A DNA stretch of 57,536 nt from a virus (Duplodnaviria; Caudoviricetes), in IMG/VR virus record IMGVR_UViG_3300035703_000110, positions 1-57,536 of that record; one strand, 5' to 3'. The translations under genes were made by a program, and so were the position numbers. Position 1 is the first letter of the stretch. Every line of letters begins with the position of its first letter. The notes under the pieces are model-generated. The model saw only the letters and a list, made by a program, of their open reading frames with translations. It ran no database searches and was not told the DNA's origin. Below, in pieces: positions 45,583 to 54,483 of the stretch.

Positions 45583-47609
45583 AAGGTACTCTCTTTCCGA
45601 CACTTGGCGCAGAGCTTGTAATTTAATGGCACAGCGTCATCCTCAATCCACTTTTCACGCATATTTTTTGGAGTCTTGCCACACCGGGCAATACCCACGG
45701 GCAAAAGAACCTCGTGGTAAGTCTTCTGGTCAGCCAAACGGCCCAAAAACACGCCTGTGCGGCCCGCCAATGAAGGGTCAAGGGTAGGTAGGCCAATGTC
45801 TTGAAGAATGGCCGTAGCTTCACGCAAATACCACGAATAGTTGATGTCTTTTGGAAACTCTTTCGGCAAGGTCATCAAGGCCATTGCACCGTCACTCTTA
45901 GGGACCGCGTTACCACTCAATTTGTAGACTAACCCTGTCTTGTGTTTGGTTCCGTAAGCCCACCGAACGGCCTTGCCGAGTAGCTTGCCGTCTTGATCCA
46001 ACGCGCCGCCTTTTACGGTGCGTATCGTGACAAATTTGCGGATGTCGCGGCAAGCCATAATGGTTTGTTCGAGTGGGGTATTGAACTTCAGCAATGCAAT
46101 CACTGCGTCAATAGTGATTTCGCAGTTCGGGTTTTTTTTCATCCCGTCAGCACCGCGCAACCCTGGACCCGCAGGCGCAAACGCACCCTTGGATTTGACT
46201 TTGCCGTCCATACCGATTGCAAGAAAGTTGTTGACATCACGGGAGTGCAAAGAGCGGAGGTAAGTCTTTTCCAGTTCCAACAACGTGTCGAATTCCCAAT
46301 CCATCAAAATGACAGAATAGTCCTCTCTACGGCCACGGGGCACGCGGGTGATAAAACCGTCAGTGTTGGCAGATATGACTTCAAATCCGGCCAACCACAA
46401 ACGCTCAATCAGCATCAGCAAACTCAATTGCCCGGTGATCGTTGTTTGAATCATCATGTCCGGTGAGTAGACTACGGAGAAAGCCGATCCAAGCTTTCCA
46501 TACAAGCCGTTCAGGGTCAGCTTCAATGACTCCGCAGTACCCTTGTCACCGGCTTTCTTGGCAGCCAATCGGCGCTTGTAGATGCTGCGGTAAACGGTCA
46601 TGAACACATCACCGATATGCTTTGGTGAGTACCCACCATTCAAAATCAAACTCGGGTAGTAACTCGCCACGTCAGCATCAATTAACTCAAAGTCGTCATC
46701 CGTCACATAGGTAGTTTTGCTTTCAGAAGAATGCAACCCACCAATACCCATGCGAAAGACGTTGTTGCCAAATTTAATTGTCAGATCATCAAGCGCCGGG
46801 GGTGTTTCTACGATGAGTTTTCCATTCACAACGAATGGGGATGTCGTCACAATTTCAAAGGCTCGTTGGAGTTGCTCTGTATGAAATTCAAGGTACAGCG
46901 GAGCCACGTATTTGAATGTCTTGGGGCGGGCTTCAGGTCGGTAAAGTTTTTTGCGTGTGACGCGCTCCACTTCCTTTTTAAGCACGGCTTCTGCTACCTG
47001 TGGACCGGATTTACTGCGCAAATCAATCTCGTATTCATTACTCATTGAAGCACGTAGATCAATGCCTTCTTTTAGCTCAAAGTATTTGGCACGAGTAAGG
47101 CCGAGGTCGTTACGCAGGTAGGTAATCATTGTTTCCCGTTTAGCTTCCGTGATGCGGTCATCCGGGCTAAAGGGTAAGTCCATCATTGTCTCGTAATGCA
47201 AGCGCCCGCCGTACATTTTGAGGCTTGGGCGTTGAGGTGATCCAGGTGATACCTCCATCAAGTCAATGTGGTCAATCCACGCGGGTAAGCTGACGTTGTA
47301 TTGCTCGTAAAACTGCCACGGCTTGATGTCAGAATGAATGATCGTGTCACTCGCTTGCTTCAGCTCACCGTTGGTTGCGCCGCTCATTGCAAGGGCAATC
47401 ATAGGCAAGTCATAGTTGATACCGTTAAAGCTAATCACACGGTACTTTTTAAAGGCACGAGCGATGCCTTTCAAATCCAAAACTGAGTCATTCCATTTCT
47501 CAAAATGCAAGATTTCTTGAGTGTCAACGTCCATGAAACCAATTGACCAATAGTTGACGTAGCACTCGGTATCGTGAACCGCTGTTGGTCGTTTTTCGGT
47601 GTAATCCAT
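45579..47609 (-). CDS. DNA polymerase, family B-like, with 3'-5' exonuclease domain
   Basis: Exo motifs HDTEC, FNGINYD and YLRND. Pol motifs DVASYYPS, KLTLNGLYGK and SANTDG. Confidence 0.88.
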   Translation of the reverse strand: MDYTEKRPTAVHDTECYVNYWSIGFMDVDTQEILHFEKWNDSVLDLKGIARAFKKYRVISFNGINYDLPMIALAMSGATNGELKQASDTIIHSDIKPWQFYEQYNVSLPAWIDHIDLMEVSPGSPQRPSLKMYGGRLHYETMMDLPFSPDDRITEAKRETMITYLRNDLGLTRAKYFELKEGIDLRASMSNEYEIDLRSKSGPQVAEAVLKKEVERVTRKKLYRPEARPKTFKYVAPLYLEFHTEQLQRAFEIVTTSPFVVNGKLIVETPPALDDLTIKFGNNVFRMGIGGLHSSESKTTYVTDDDFELIDADVASYYPSLILNGGYSPKHIGDVFMTVYRSIYKRRLAAKKAGDKGTAESLKLTLNGLYGKLGSAFSVVYSPDMMIQTTITGQLSLLMLIERLWLAGFEVISANTDGFITRVPRGRREDYSVILMDWEFDTLLELEKTYLRSLHSRDVNNFLAIGMDGKVKSKGAFAPAGPGLRGADGMKKNPNCEITIDAVIALLKFNTPLEQTIMACRDIRKFVTIRTVKGGALDQDGKLLGKAVRWAYGTKHKTGLVYKLSGNAVPKSDGAMALMTLPKEFPKDINYSWYLREATAILQDIGLPTLDPSLAGRTGVFLGRLADQKTYHEVLLPVGIARCGKTPKNMREKWIEDDAVPLNYKLCAKCRKESTL

Positions 47610-47635
47610 GCTTTCACTTTCAAAATTGAGTTGCC

Positions 47636-47673
47636 AAAAGCAAAATAACCGGCTGTCATAGGAAGCCGGTTAT
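47636..47673 (-). terminator. terminator-like hairpin after SSB gene
   Basis: AATAACCGGC...GCCGGTTATT followed by TTGCTTTT on the minus strand. Confidence 0.6.
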
Positions 47674-47696
47674 TCGCTGCATAACGCTAGGTCAGA

Positions 47697-48308
47697 TTAC
47701 AGACCGTCATCACCTTCGTCGTCGTCACCTTCAACTTGGTCCCACACGTCGTTGTCATCGACTTCGCCGTTGCCGAAAGGTGTGTCTTTCTTCACGTACT
47801 GAATGCCAATGAAACCGGCGTTGACTTTCTTGCCATAGTCGTTGTCCTGAAACCATGGCTTGATGAGGATGTTGAACCAAAAGCCGCTTTGAAACATGGA
47901 GCGGACTTTCTCGCTGTCAGTCACCAATTCGCCTTCACGATCCCGGCATTTCGGTTTCTTCAGCTCAGAAGCGTTGACGGTCCAAGCAGACTCGTATTCT
48001 TCCTTGGCAGCGTCATCGCCGTCACGGATGAACCAATCTTTTTTACCGACCTTTGCGTCTTTGTTGTCCTTCAAAACTTTCTTGATGAATTCTTCACAAG
48101 CGGCCCGTGCAGCCTCATGTGTTTCCTTCGGCAAGATAGCTACGAGGCTGTACTTTGCAGGTGCTTCGCCGCCGTCATCACGCTTGGCTTTGCCCTTGTA
48201 AGGTTTGTCCGCGTGGACGTAGGAGCCACGCACGTTATCCAGACGCATAGTACCGTCGCTATACACAACAAAGTTCTTACCTTTTTTCACAATTTCGCGT
48301 GTTGCCAT
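47697..48308 (-). CDS. single-stranded DNA-binding protein (DUF2815/Gp2.5-like)
   Basis: NVRGSY.H..KP, FIRDGD, YGKKVNAG...IQ and an acidic tail. Confidence 0.85.
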   Translation of the reverse strand: MATREIVKKGKNFVVYSDGTMRLDNVRGSYVHADKPYKGKAKRDDGGEAPAKYSLVAILPKETHEAARAACEEFIKKVLKDNKDAKVGKKDWFIRDGDDAAKEEYESAWTVNASELKKPKCRDREGELVTDSEKVRSMFQSGFWFNILIKPWFQDNDYGKKVNAGFIGIQYVKKDTPFGNGEVDDNDVWDQVEGDDDEGDDGL

Positions 48309-48309
48309 T

Positions 48310-49641
48310 TCACATTTCCTCATCTTCGTTTACAGGGTCGAGGTTCTCAAAAGAGGCCTCGGTTAAATCAACCAGTGCAGGCCGTTTGTCTTTCAACGGT
48401 GCAAGGGTTGGTCGGCCAGGTGGTTTGTAGGTCAAACCCTCCAGCAAACTCGGGATGTCTCTGCTTTTGTGACCCGCGATCCGCAACAGCTTTTCACACT
48501 GCGCAGGACTCGCTACCTTTTGGGTCACGAGGCTGTCATAGGGCACGCCTAAAGAGACAATATTACTTACGGCTTCGGTATCGTCAATGAAGACCCTGCG
48601 GCTGCGGCCTTCGACAAATTTCCATCCGTACTGTTCGATGTTTTCACCATCGTTTGCGCGGCGGGCCAACTCTGCATCGAGTGACTCCCACCAACGATTC
48701 GCCATGGTCCGATAGGTCAACATGCTTGTTATCTGCGAAGTGGTCAAAGTGAACACATCAACCGGTGCAATACCAAAGTCAAGATCGTCCACGCGGTCTT
48801 GAAACGCTTTAATCACGGGTACTGGTGTGGGAGTGTCCAAATTCTCAAAAACGCCTTCTGTAAGCTCTGCTTGAAGCTTTGCATTGGCTGCGCAAGACGC
48901 CATGACTCGGCAAAACTGGCATTGCTTGACGCCGGGTTTGCGGGGCGCATCCAAGCTCCACGCCAAATCCATTTGTTGCTGTGCCCAATAGGAAAAGCGG
49001 AGTAACTCTGCGCGGCTGATTACCCATGAGTCGAAGTGATCGAGTCGGGGTTGTGCAATACGAATTTCAATCTCTTGAATGTCGTGCTCACCGTCAAACT
49101 CTTTGTCAAACTCATACAGCGCACCAAGGGCGTACAACATGCCTTGGGTGTTGAGTTCCGCGTAAATGATGTGGTTTGTACCGAACTTCCAATCAGCAAC
49201 CACCATACGGCGGCGGTCAATCGCAATGAAGTCTGCAGTACCCCGCTGACGGGGGATCGGTGTGATGCGTGAAAAGTCAACCCGGCGCTCGAAGTAATGA
49301 GTCCCTGGTAACAGAGCCACCCAATCAACGCACATTTGGCAGTAATTGAGCATCTTGTCATCAATCTCAATCATGTACCCCCACTCACCCGACTCCACAA
49401 ACTCAAGTGTGTCAACTAAATGGTCCGGGCGTTTGCCGGTTTTGAGCCATGTTTCAGTCACGCCATGGGCAACAGTGCCATAGGCTGCATCTGGACCCGA
49501 TACGTCTTTTGCAAGCAGGTTTGGCACAAGGCTCCCGCTGCATTCAAGCCACATAGATGAGCTTGACGGTGAGAAGACACTATGCCCCGATCCATCACGG
49601 ATCATGGCGAGTTCTTCCAGATTTACGGGTTTCAGTTTCAT
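48310..49641 (-). CDS. Cas4-like/PD-(D/E)xK exonuclease (DUF2800)
   Basis: HSVFSPSS...W..C.GS, GTVAH, GTADF, DWKFG, NTQ..LYALG and C.FC.....C. Confidence 0.9.
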   Translation of the reverse strand: MKLKPVNLEELAMIRDGSGHSVFSPSSSSMWLECSGSLVPNLLAKDVSGPDAAYGTVAHGVTETWLKTGKRPDHLVDTLEFVESGEWGYMIEIDDKMLNYCQMCVDWVALLPGTHYFERRVDFSRITPIPRQRGTADFIAIDRRRMVVADWKFGTNHIIYAELNTQGMLYALGALYEFDKEFDGEHDIQEIEIRIAQPRLDHFDSWVISRAELLRFSYWAQQQMDLAWSLDAPRKPGVKQCQFCRVMASCAANAKLQAELTEGVFENLDTPTPVPVIKAFQDRVDDLDFGIAPVDVFTLTTSQITSMLTYRTMANRWWESLDAELARRANDGENIEQYGWKFVEGRSRRVFIDDTEAVSNIVSLGVPYDSLVTQKVASPAQCEKLLRIAGHKSRDIPSLLEGLTYKPPGRPTLAPLKDKRPALVDLTEASFENLDPVNEDEEM

Positions 49642-49730
49642 CGTTTACGCGTGTACTTTTTGAAGAACCCCTAAGTCAGCCTTCAGCTACATCAGCGGTT
49701 AAACGATGTACTGACATAGGGGTTCATCAA

Positions 49731-49755
49731 AAAGCCCCACCGGAGTGGGACTTTC
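49731..49755 (-). terminator. intrinsic terminator
   Basis: AAAGTCCCAC-TCCG-GTGGGGCTTTTT on the minus strand. Confidence 0.7.
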
Positions 49756-49768
49756 GGGAAGCTGCAGA

Positions 49769-49945
49769 TTAAGCAGGCTTCACAGCGCCGATGCGGAAAG
49801 TTTTGATAACCGCTTCTTTCGGCTTGCCTTCGGGGTTAATGTTGACTTCAACCCATTCGCCGTTTGGCTTCTTGTTGACAGCCACCACTTTACCGGTGAC
49901 TTCTGCGCCCTTGATGAGCACTTTAACTGCAAGACCTTTTTTCAT
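49769..49945 (-). CDS. small basic beta-rich protein (58 aa), not in ORF track
   Basis: Translated by hand: MKKGLAVKVLIKGAEVTGKVVAVNKKPNGEWVEV...VKPA. Confidence 0.7.
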   Translation of the reverse strand: MKKGLAVKVLIKGAEVTGKVVAVNKKPNGEWVEVNINPEGKPKEAVIKTFRIGAVKPA

Positions 49946-49968
49946 CGTGTACTTTCAGAGTTGCACAA

Positions 49969-50310
49969 TTACATATCTTCTTCAGCCAAGGCTTGTTCGC
50001 AGCCGTCATACAGCTTGTCCCAACCTTCGGCAGTCTTGATGTCCGCCAGCTTGTCGAAACCGGCTGCTTTGATGATGGCTTTGGCAGCGGGCACGCCCTT
50101 GTCAGCCTTCACCTTTTCGATGGCAGCTTTGGCTTCGGTTTCGGTGTGCTTGGCAACGTATTCGTCAGCCTTGGGAGCTTTCTCAGCCTTCGTGGTTTTT
50201 TCAGCCTTGGTGGTTGTGGCTGCAGGAGCTGCAGCGCCACCGGCCAGCAGGGCAGCGGTGTTTGCGTTCACGGCTGCAATCAGGTCTTCAATTTTTTGTT
50301 CCAAGCTCAT
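49969..50310 (-). CDS. hypothetical replication-module protein
   Basis: GGAG RBS, MSLEQKIEDLIAAVNANTAAL. It ends EEDM. Confidence 0.8.
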   Translation of the reverse strand: MSLEQKIEDLIAAVNANTAALLAGGAAAPAATTTKAEKTTKAEKAPKADEYVAKHTETEAKAAIEKVKADKGVPAAKAIIKAAGFDKLADIKTAEGWDKLYDGCEQALAEEDM

Positions 50311-50434
50311 TTCAATCTCCATTGATACGCCCAAAATTTAAAGATGCAAGCAACGTGGGCTATCGCTACTCACAACAAACGATTGATTCGTCAGTGGTGC
50401 AAGTATATCCACAATTTTTAGAAAATTAGAACAA

Positions 50435-50770
50435 ATGTGGAATAAAATTTGTGCCATGACAAACGGAGCCTCTATGCAATTCCCTAAATGGGCTGACAGT
50501 TCGGAACTGTCCAAACAACAAAGAGCCAGTGGACGACTAAAGTTCATCACATCCACCCTAGCTACTGAGCTGAGTCCCCGTGCGAGTATGCGGGCCTTGG
50601 CAGAGCAAGTGGGTCTTGAGCACTCGACTATAACCAAGTCGATCAAGCAGGGCTTTTTTTCCGAAAAATCAGCTATCACCATGACGTACCATCTAAAAAC
50701 TCAGTCGCCATGGCTGACCGTGGAAATGCTGACATCCCCCATGAGCATTCGTAAGACCCGCCGACCTTGA
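50435..50770 (+). CDS. HTH transcriptional regulator
   Basis: SMRALAEQVGLEHSTIT HTH, transcribed divergently from the replication operon. Confidence 0.7.
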   Translation: MWNKICAMTNGASMQFPKWADSSELSKQQRASGRLKFITSTLATELSPRASMRALAEQVGLEHSTITKSIKQGFFSEKSAITMTYHLKTQSPWLTVEMLTSPMSIRKTRRP

Positions 50771-50878
50771 CAGCGTTCATGTGCGAGGTGGTGTTTGACC
50801 ACCAAAAAACTTGAAAAACTGTAAATACAAGGGCGGTTAGATGACTTATTTTCAATTTAGAGCCATGGGGTCGGGCTC

Positions 50879-53431
50879 ATGAGCGGTCCATTTCAAACAA
50901 AAGGTCTTGCCTATATTGAGCAAGGCTATGCAATTGTGCCCATCCCACGCGGTAGCAAGGGTCCAACGCTGGATGACTGGCAAAGCGAGTACGCAAGCAC
51001 AGCCGAACGCCACGCAGAGTTAGTCGAAGACTACGGTAATTGCGGTATCGGCATCATTGCGAAGTTCAACCCGGCAATCGACATCGACACGCTTGATGAA
51101 GCGATGTCAGAGCACATGATTGAGTGGGTGCGTGACAACATCGCGGATGCACCGCTACGCTACGGCCAAGCACCCAAGGCTTTGATGCTGTTTACCTGCG
51201 CAACACCGTTTCGCAAAATCACGTCAGCCAAGTACATCCGTCCAGGTGGGTCGAAGAAAGGTGAGCGCGTTGAAATCTTGGGTAATGGTCAACAGTTTGT
51301 GGCTGACCACATCCACCCGGATACCAACAAGCCGTACTTCTGGCAGGATGATGAGGCAAGCCCGCTGACTGTCAACGCTATCGACCTGCACATGCTCACG
51401 CTGGATGAAGCGTTGGCCGTTTGCCGTGAGTTTGAACGTGTGGCCGAGCTGCGCGGGTGGGAGAAGGTAGCTAACGCCACAAATGCTCAGGGTGATGATG
51501 AAGACACACCCACGGCTGAAGACGCTTTGGGGCAGCTCGACCTACCCGAAGAAACCGAGGAAGAAATTGCACGCGTCAAATCCGCTCTTGAGGCCATGGA
51601 CCCCGAGGTGGAAGACTACTCGTATGAAGAATGGCGCAATGTCCTCTTTGCTCTCAAGTGGACCCAATGGTCATGTGCCGAGGAACTTGCACGCGAGTGG
51701 TCCGAGCGATCCGACAAATACGATGCAAAGAATTTCCGCACCGTTTGGAAAGGCGCACAGAAACGGCAACGTGGTCGTGAGCACACTCTTGCTACCGTCT
51801 TCCACATGGCAAAGTCTCGTGGTTGGGATGCCTCGCGCAAGCCTACCGAGGAAGACAAAACCGAGCTGCTTTACACCCTGTTGTCCGAAGCGGATGCGCT
51901 GTCCCAAATCGTGCGCCCTGGTCGTGCCCTGAAAGAGCTGTTGAAAAAGCTTGCCACGGCTGACCTTGACAACTTGGATGAGGCCGAGGTGCTGAAGGCC
52001 ATCAAGGCGTCTACCAAAGACTCCATTGCCGACCTGAAAAAAGCAGTCGGTCAGTTCAAAAAAGGTGGTGACGCGATCAGCCCGACACACGCCGGGTACG
52101 CCAAATCATTTTTAGCCAAGCTCGAAGAACGCAGCGATGTGGACCCGGTAGGCGTAGAGGGCATGATTTTTCACTACGTCAAGCGCAAAGGGGTGTGGGA
52201 CGGCCTGCAAGCCCCGGACGCGGCAAGTGTGAAGGTAGCCGATGAATTCGACGGTATGGAGCACTGTGAGCGCCGTAGTGACTACACGGCCATTGCAAAC
52301 CACGCCTACTCGATAGCTGCACAAGAGAATGAAGACTTTTTCAATGACGCACCCGTGGGCTTGGCTTGCCAAGGTCGCTTCTACTCGGTCAACGCCGAGG
52401 GTGAAATTGAACGTGAGCCCATTGGACCGCAGCACCGGCAACGCGTCTTGTCGCCAGTTCGTCCCATTGCTGGTGATAAGCCTCTTTTTGAGAAATTCTT
52501 GCACTCCACATTTGAGGGTGAAGGCGAACAAGACCAAATTGACTTGCTGCAAGAGGTCATTGGGGCCACGCTGGTAGGCACGATGGCCAAATATGAAAAG
52601 GTGGTGCTGTTTAAGGGTCCAGGCCGTGCAGGTAAGGGCACGCTCATGAAAATCATCGAAGCCATGATGCCCCCTGAATGGCGTAGCGCGATCAGCCCCT
52701 TCAAATGGGATAACGAATACTACTTGGCGAGTCTTGCCGGTAAGCGCTTGAACTTGGTGGGTGAGTTGACCGATGAGATTCCAATTCCTGCAGCCAACTT
52801 CAAGACCGTCACGGGCCGGGACATTCTGCAAGGTCGTCACCCTGCGGGCCGGCCGTTCAACTTCCGCAATCAAGCTGCGCACATTTTTAACTCAAACTAC
52901 TTTGTGCATACCAAGGATCACAGTGACGCGTTTTTCAGTCGCTGGATTCTCATGGAGTTCCGCAACAGCCGGATCGGATCAAATGAAATTGAAACCGACT
53001 TGGCAAAAAGGATCATCGACGGCGAGTTGTCGCAAATTATGGCGTGGGCGCTTCAAGGGGCCAAACGGCTGCAGGCCCGTGACCGCTTCCTAGATAACAG
53101 CGTGCAGGCCCGCATGTTGGCTCAGTGGTCACGTCGCACAAGCTCACTGACAGAATTTGTGTTGGACCCTGATTTCTGCATTTTGACCCGCGATAAAAAC
53201 GATCACGTCTTGCGTTCGGATTTTTACAAGAGCTACGCGCAGTGGTGCAAAGAGTCCAATCGTCACCCCATGGGCAAAATCAAGGCGTTCGATGAGCTGG
53301 AAAGTTCGACGTTCCGCCGCCTGGATATAACCGTTGGGACGGTAATTGGTAAAAACTTTGTTGTGCGTGGGATGCGTTTGAAGACAAGCGAATGGGACCA
53401 TTTAAGCCGAGAAGACGACCAAGAATTATGA
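50879..53431 (+). CDS. bifunctional primase-polymerase / PriCT-2 / D5-like SF3 helicase
   Basis: GYAIVPI...KGP, AIDID, H.HPDT.KPY.W, YEEW......L and Walker A GPGRAGKGT. Confidence 0.92.
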   Translation: MSGPFQTKGLAYIEQGYAIVPIPRGSKGPTLDDWQSEYASTAERHAELVEDYGNCGIGIIAKFNPAIDIDTLDEAMSEHMIEWVRDNIADAPLRYGQAPKALMLFTCATPFRKITSAKYIRPGGSKKGERVEILGNGQQFVADHIHPDTNKPYFWQDDEASPLTVNAIDLHMLTLDEALAVCREFERVAELRGWEKVANATNAQGDDEDTPTAEDALGQLDLPEETEEEIARVKSALEAMDPEVEDYSYEEWRNVLFALKWTQWSCAEELAREWSERSDKYDAKNFRTVWKGAQKRQRGREHTLATVFHMAKSRGWDASRKPTEEDKTELLYTLLSEADALSQIVRPGRALKELLKKLATADLDNLDEAEVLKAIKASTKDSIADLKKAVGQFKKGGDAISPTHAGYAKSFLAKLEERSDVDPVGVEGMIFHYVKRKGVWDGLQAPDAASVKVADEFDGMEHCERRSDYTAIANHAYSIAAQENEDFFNDAPVGLACQGRFYSVNAEGEIEREPIGPQHRQRVLSPVRPIAGDKPLFEKFLHSTFEGEGEQDQIDLLQEVIGATLVGTMAKYEKVVLFKGPGRAGKGTLMKIIEAMMPPEWRSAISPFKWDNEYYLASLAGKRLNLVGELTDEIPIPAANFKTVTGRDILQGRHPAGRPFNFRNQAAHIFNSNYFVHTKDHSDAFFSRWILMEFRNSRIGSNEIETDLAKRIIDGELSQIMAWALQGAKRLQARDRFLDNSVQARMLAQWSRRTSSLTEFVLDPDFCILTRDKNDHVLRSDFYKSYAQWCKESNRHPMGKIKAFDELESSTFRRLDITVGTVIGKNFVVRGMRLKTSEWDHLSREDDQEL

Positions 53432-53437
53432 AAAATG

Positions 53438-53458
53438 ACCCGCTTCGGCGGGTTTTTT
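53438..53458 (+). terminator. intrinsic terminator after primase
   Basis: ACCCGC-TTCG-GCGGGTTTTTT. Confidence 0.85.
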
Positions 53459-53500
53459 AATGTCCGAGGGCTGTGGTGGTCACCCAAAAAAAATTGGGCT

Positions 53501-53892
53501 AGAGGTAAAGTTGGGGTCTGAGAGGTAAAGTTGCGCGGGGGGTGGGTCTATGGAAAATTTCAAGTTTCACAATTTCCATTTTGCATTTTTTCCCATAAGG
53601 GTATGCCCAGACAAGATTACCTCTCAGACCCCAACTTTACCTCTCAAGAGCCAAAATCGATCAAAAAAATTCATTTTTGGACACTTTTTGCCTGTTTTTG
53701 CCCATTTCTAGAGGTATTCCTAGAGGTAAAGTTGAAAAAAAATATACCCAACTCTGCCCTACATCGAGCACTTCTGGTGTCCATGGGTCCAAAACCAGAA
53801 AAATTTGCACACATAGAGGCATAGTTTGCCCGCGATGGTCGGTTTTCCCTGTTTTTCCGTCGCAACTTTACCTCTAAGAATACCTCTAGAAA
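53501..53892. repeat. two inverted-repeat pairs built on AGAGGTAAAGTTG boxes (cos-proximal)
   Basis: 53501-53528 pairs with 53617-53644 (28/28). 53705-53734 pairs with 53863-53892 (29/30). Confidence 0.9.
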
Positions 53893-53937
53893 CAGCCTTG
53901 GTGCCCTAAGTGGTTTGGAAAACTCGTTTTCGCCGGG

Positions 53938-53949
53938 GCTCTGCGCCCC
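53938..53949 (-). other. putative cos (cohesive end) site GGGGCGCAGAGC
   Basis: 11/12 match to the chi cohesive end as recalled (GGTGCGCAGAGC). It lies in a non-coding gap next to the primase, and TerL is lambda-type. Confidence 0.7.
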
Positions 53950-54095
53950 CGCACACGTAAAAAGAGCCACAGAGGGACCCGACCACACTAGGCCCACCAT
54001 TAAAAAGTATCCTGAGCCCCCGCCACACCCCCGCCCATGGATCAAACAAAGCAAGGGTTACACATAAAACAATGTGCGCTTAGTCTATTAGATAG

Positions 54096-54167
54096 CCCCA
54101 CACCCCCACACCCCCACACCCCCACACCCCCACACCCCCACACCCCCACACCCCCACACCCCCACAC
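54096..54167. repeat. (CCCCACAC)9 perfect octamer tandem repeat
   Basis: Read directly from the sequence. Confidence 0.95.
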
Positions 54168-54175
54168 CTGGACGC

Positions 54176-54298
54176 AAAAAAGCCCGCACAGTGGCGGGCC
54201 ATGGGTAAGAGCGGATAACGCTTAGACTAAATAAGGCGCTGCAGAGTCAACCGCCTACAAATCGGGCACACGTAAAAAAGCCCGCACACTGGCGGGCC
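54176..54298 (-). terminator. two near-identical intrinsic terminators ending the leftward early operon
   Basis: GCCCGCCA(C/G)TGTGCGGGCTTTTT at ~54176-54199 and ~54274-54297. Confidence 0.75.
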
Positions 54299-54318
54299 GG
54301 GTTTCCTGGGTTGCGGGG

Positions 54319-54483
54319 TTACCCCTCATTGATGACAATGGACGCGATAAGCATAGCCCCCGCCACACAAGCAACAGCCCCGCCCGTGTCCCCCTTGGTG
54401 TAAATCCATGCCCCGTATATCAAGCCCGCCAAAAGCAGAGCAAGGGCAAACAGTCTCCGAATGATCCATTGCAAGGGCTTCAT
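54319..54483 (-). CDS. small two-TM membrane protein (54 aa), not in ORF track
   Basis: MKPLQWIIRRLFALALLLAGLIYGAWIY...AMLIASIVINEG, with an ATGA overlap with the upstream gene. Confidence 0.75.
   Translation of the reverse strand: MKPLQWIIRRLFALALLLAGLIYGAWIYTKGDTGGAVACVAGAMLIASIVINEG

Noticed and set aside
5307-53431. KDEL/HDEL-type ER retention meaning of the C-terminal tag
   Set aside because: All gene content indicates a bacterial host, so the resemblance is treated as coincidental.
53531-54225. ORFs in the cos region, including the PTPPHPH repeat ORF
   Set aside because: They are translations of inverted repeats and the microsatellite, with no coding features.
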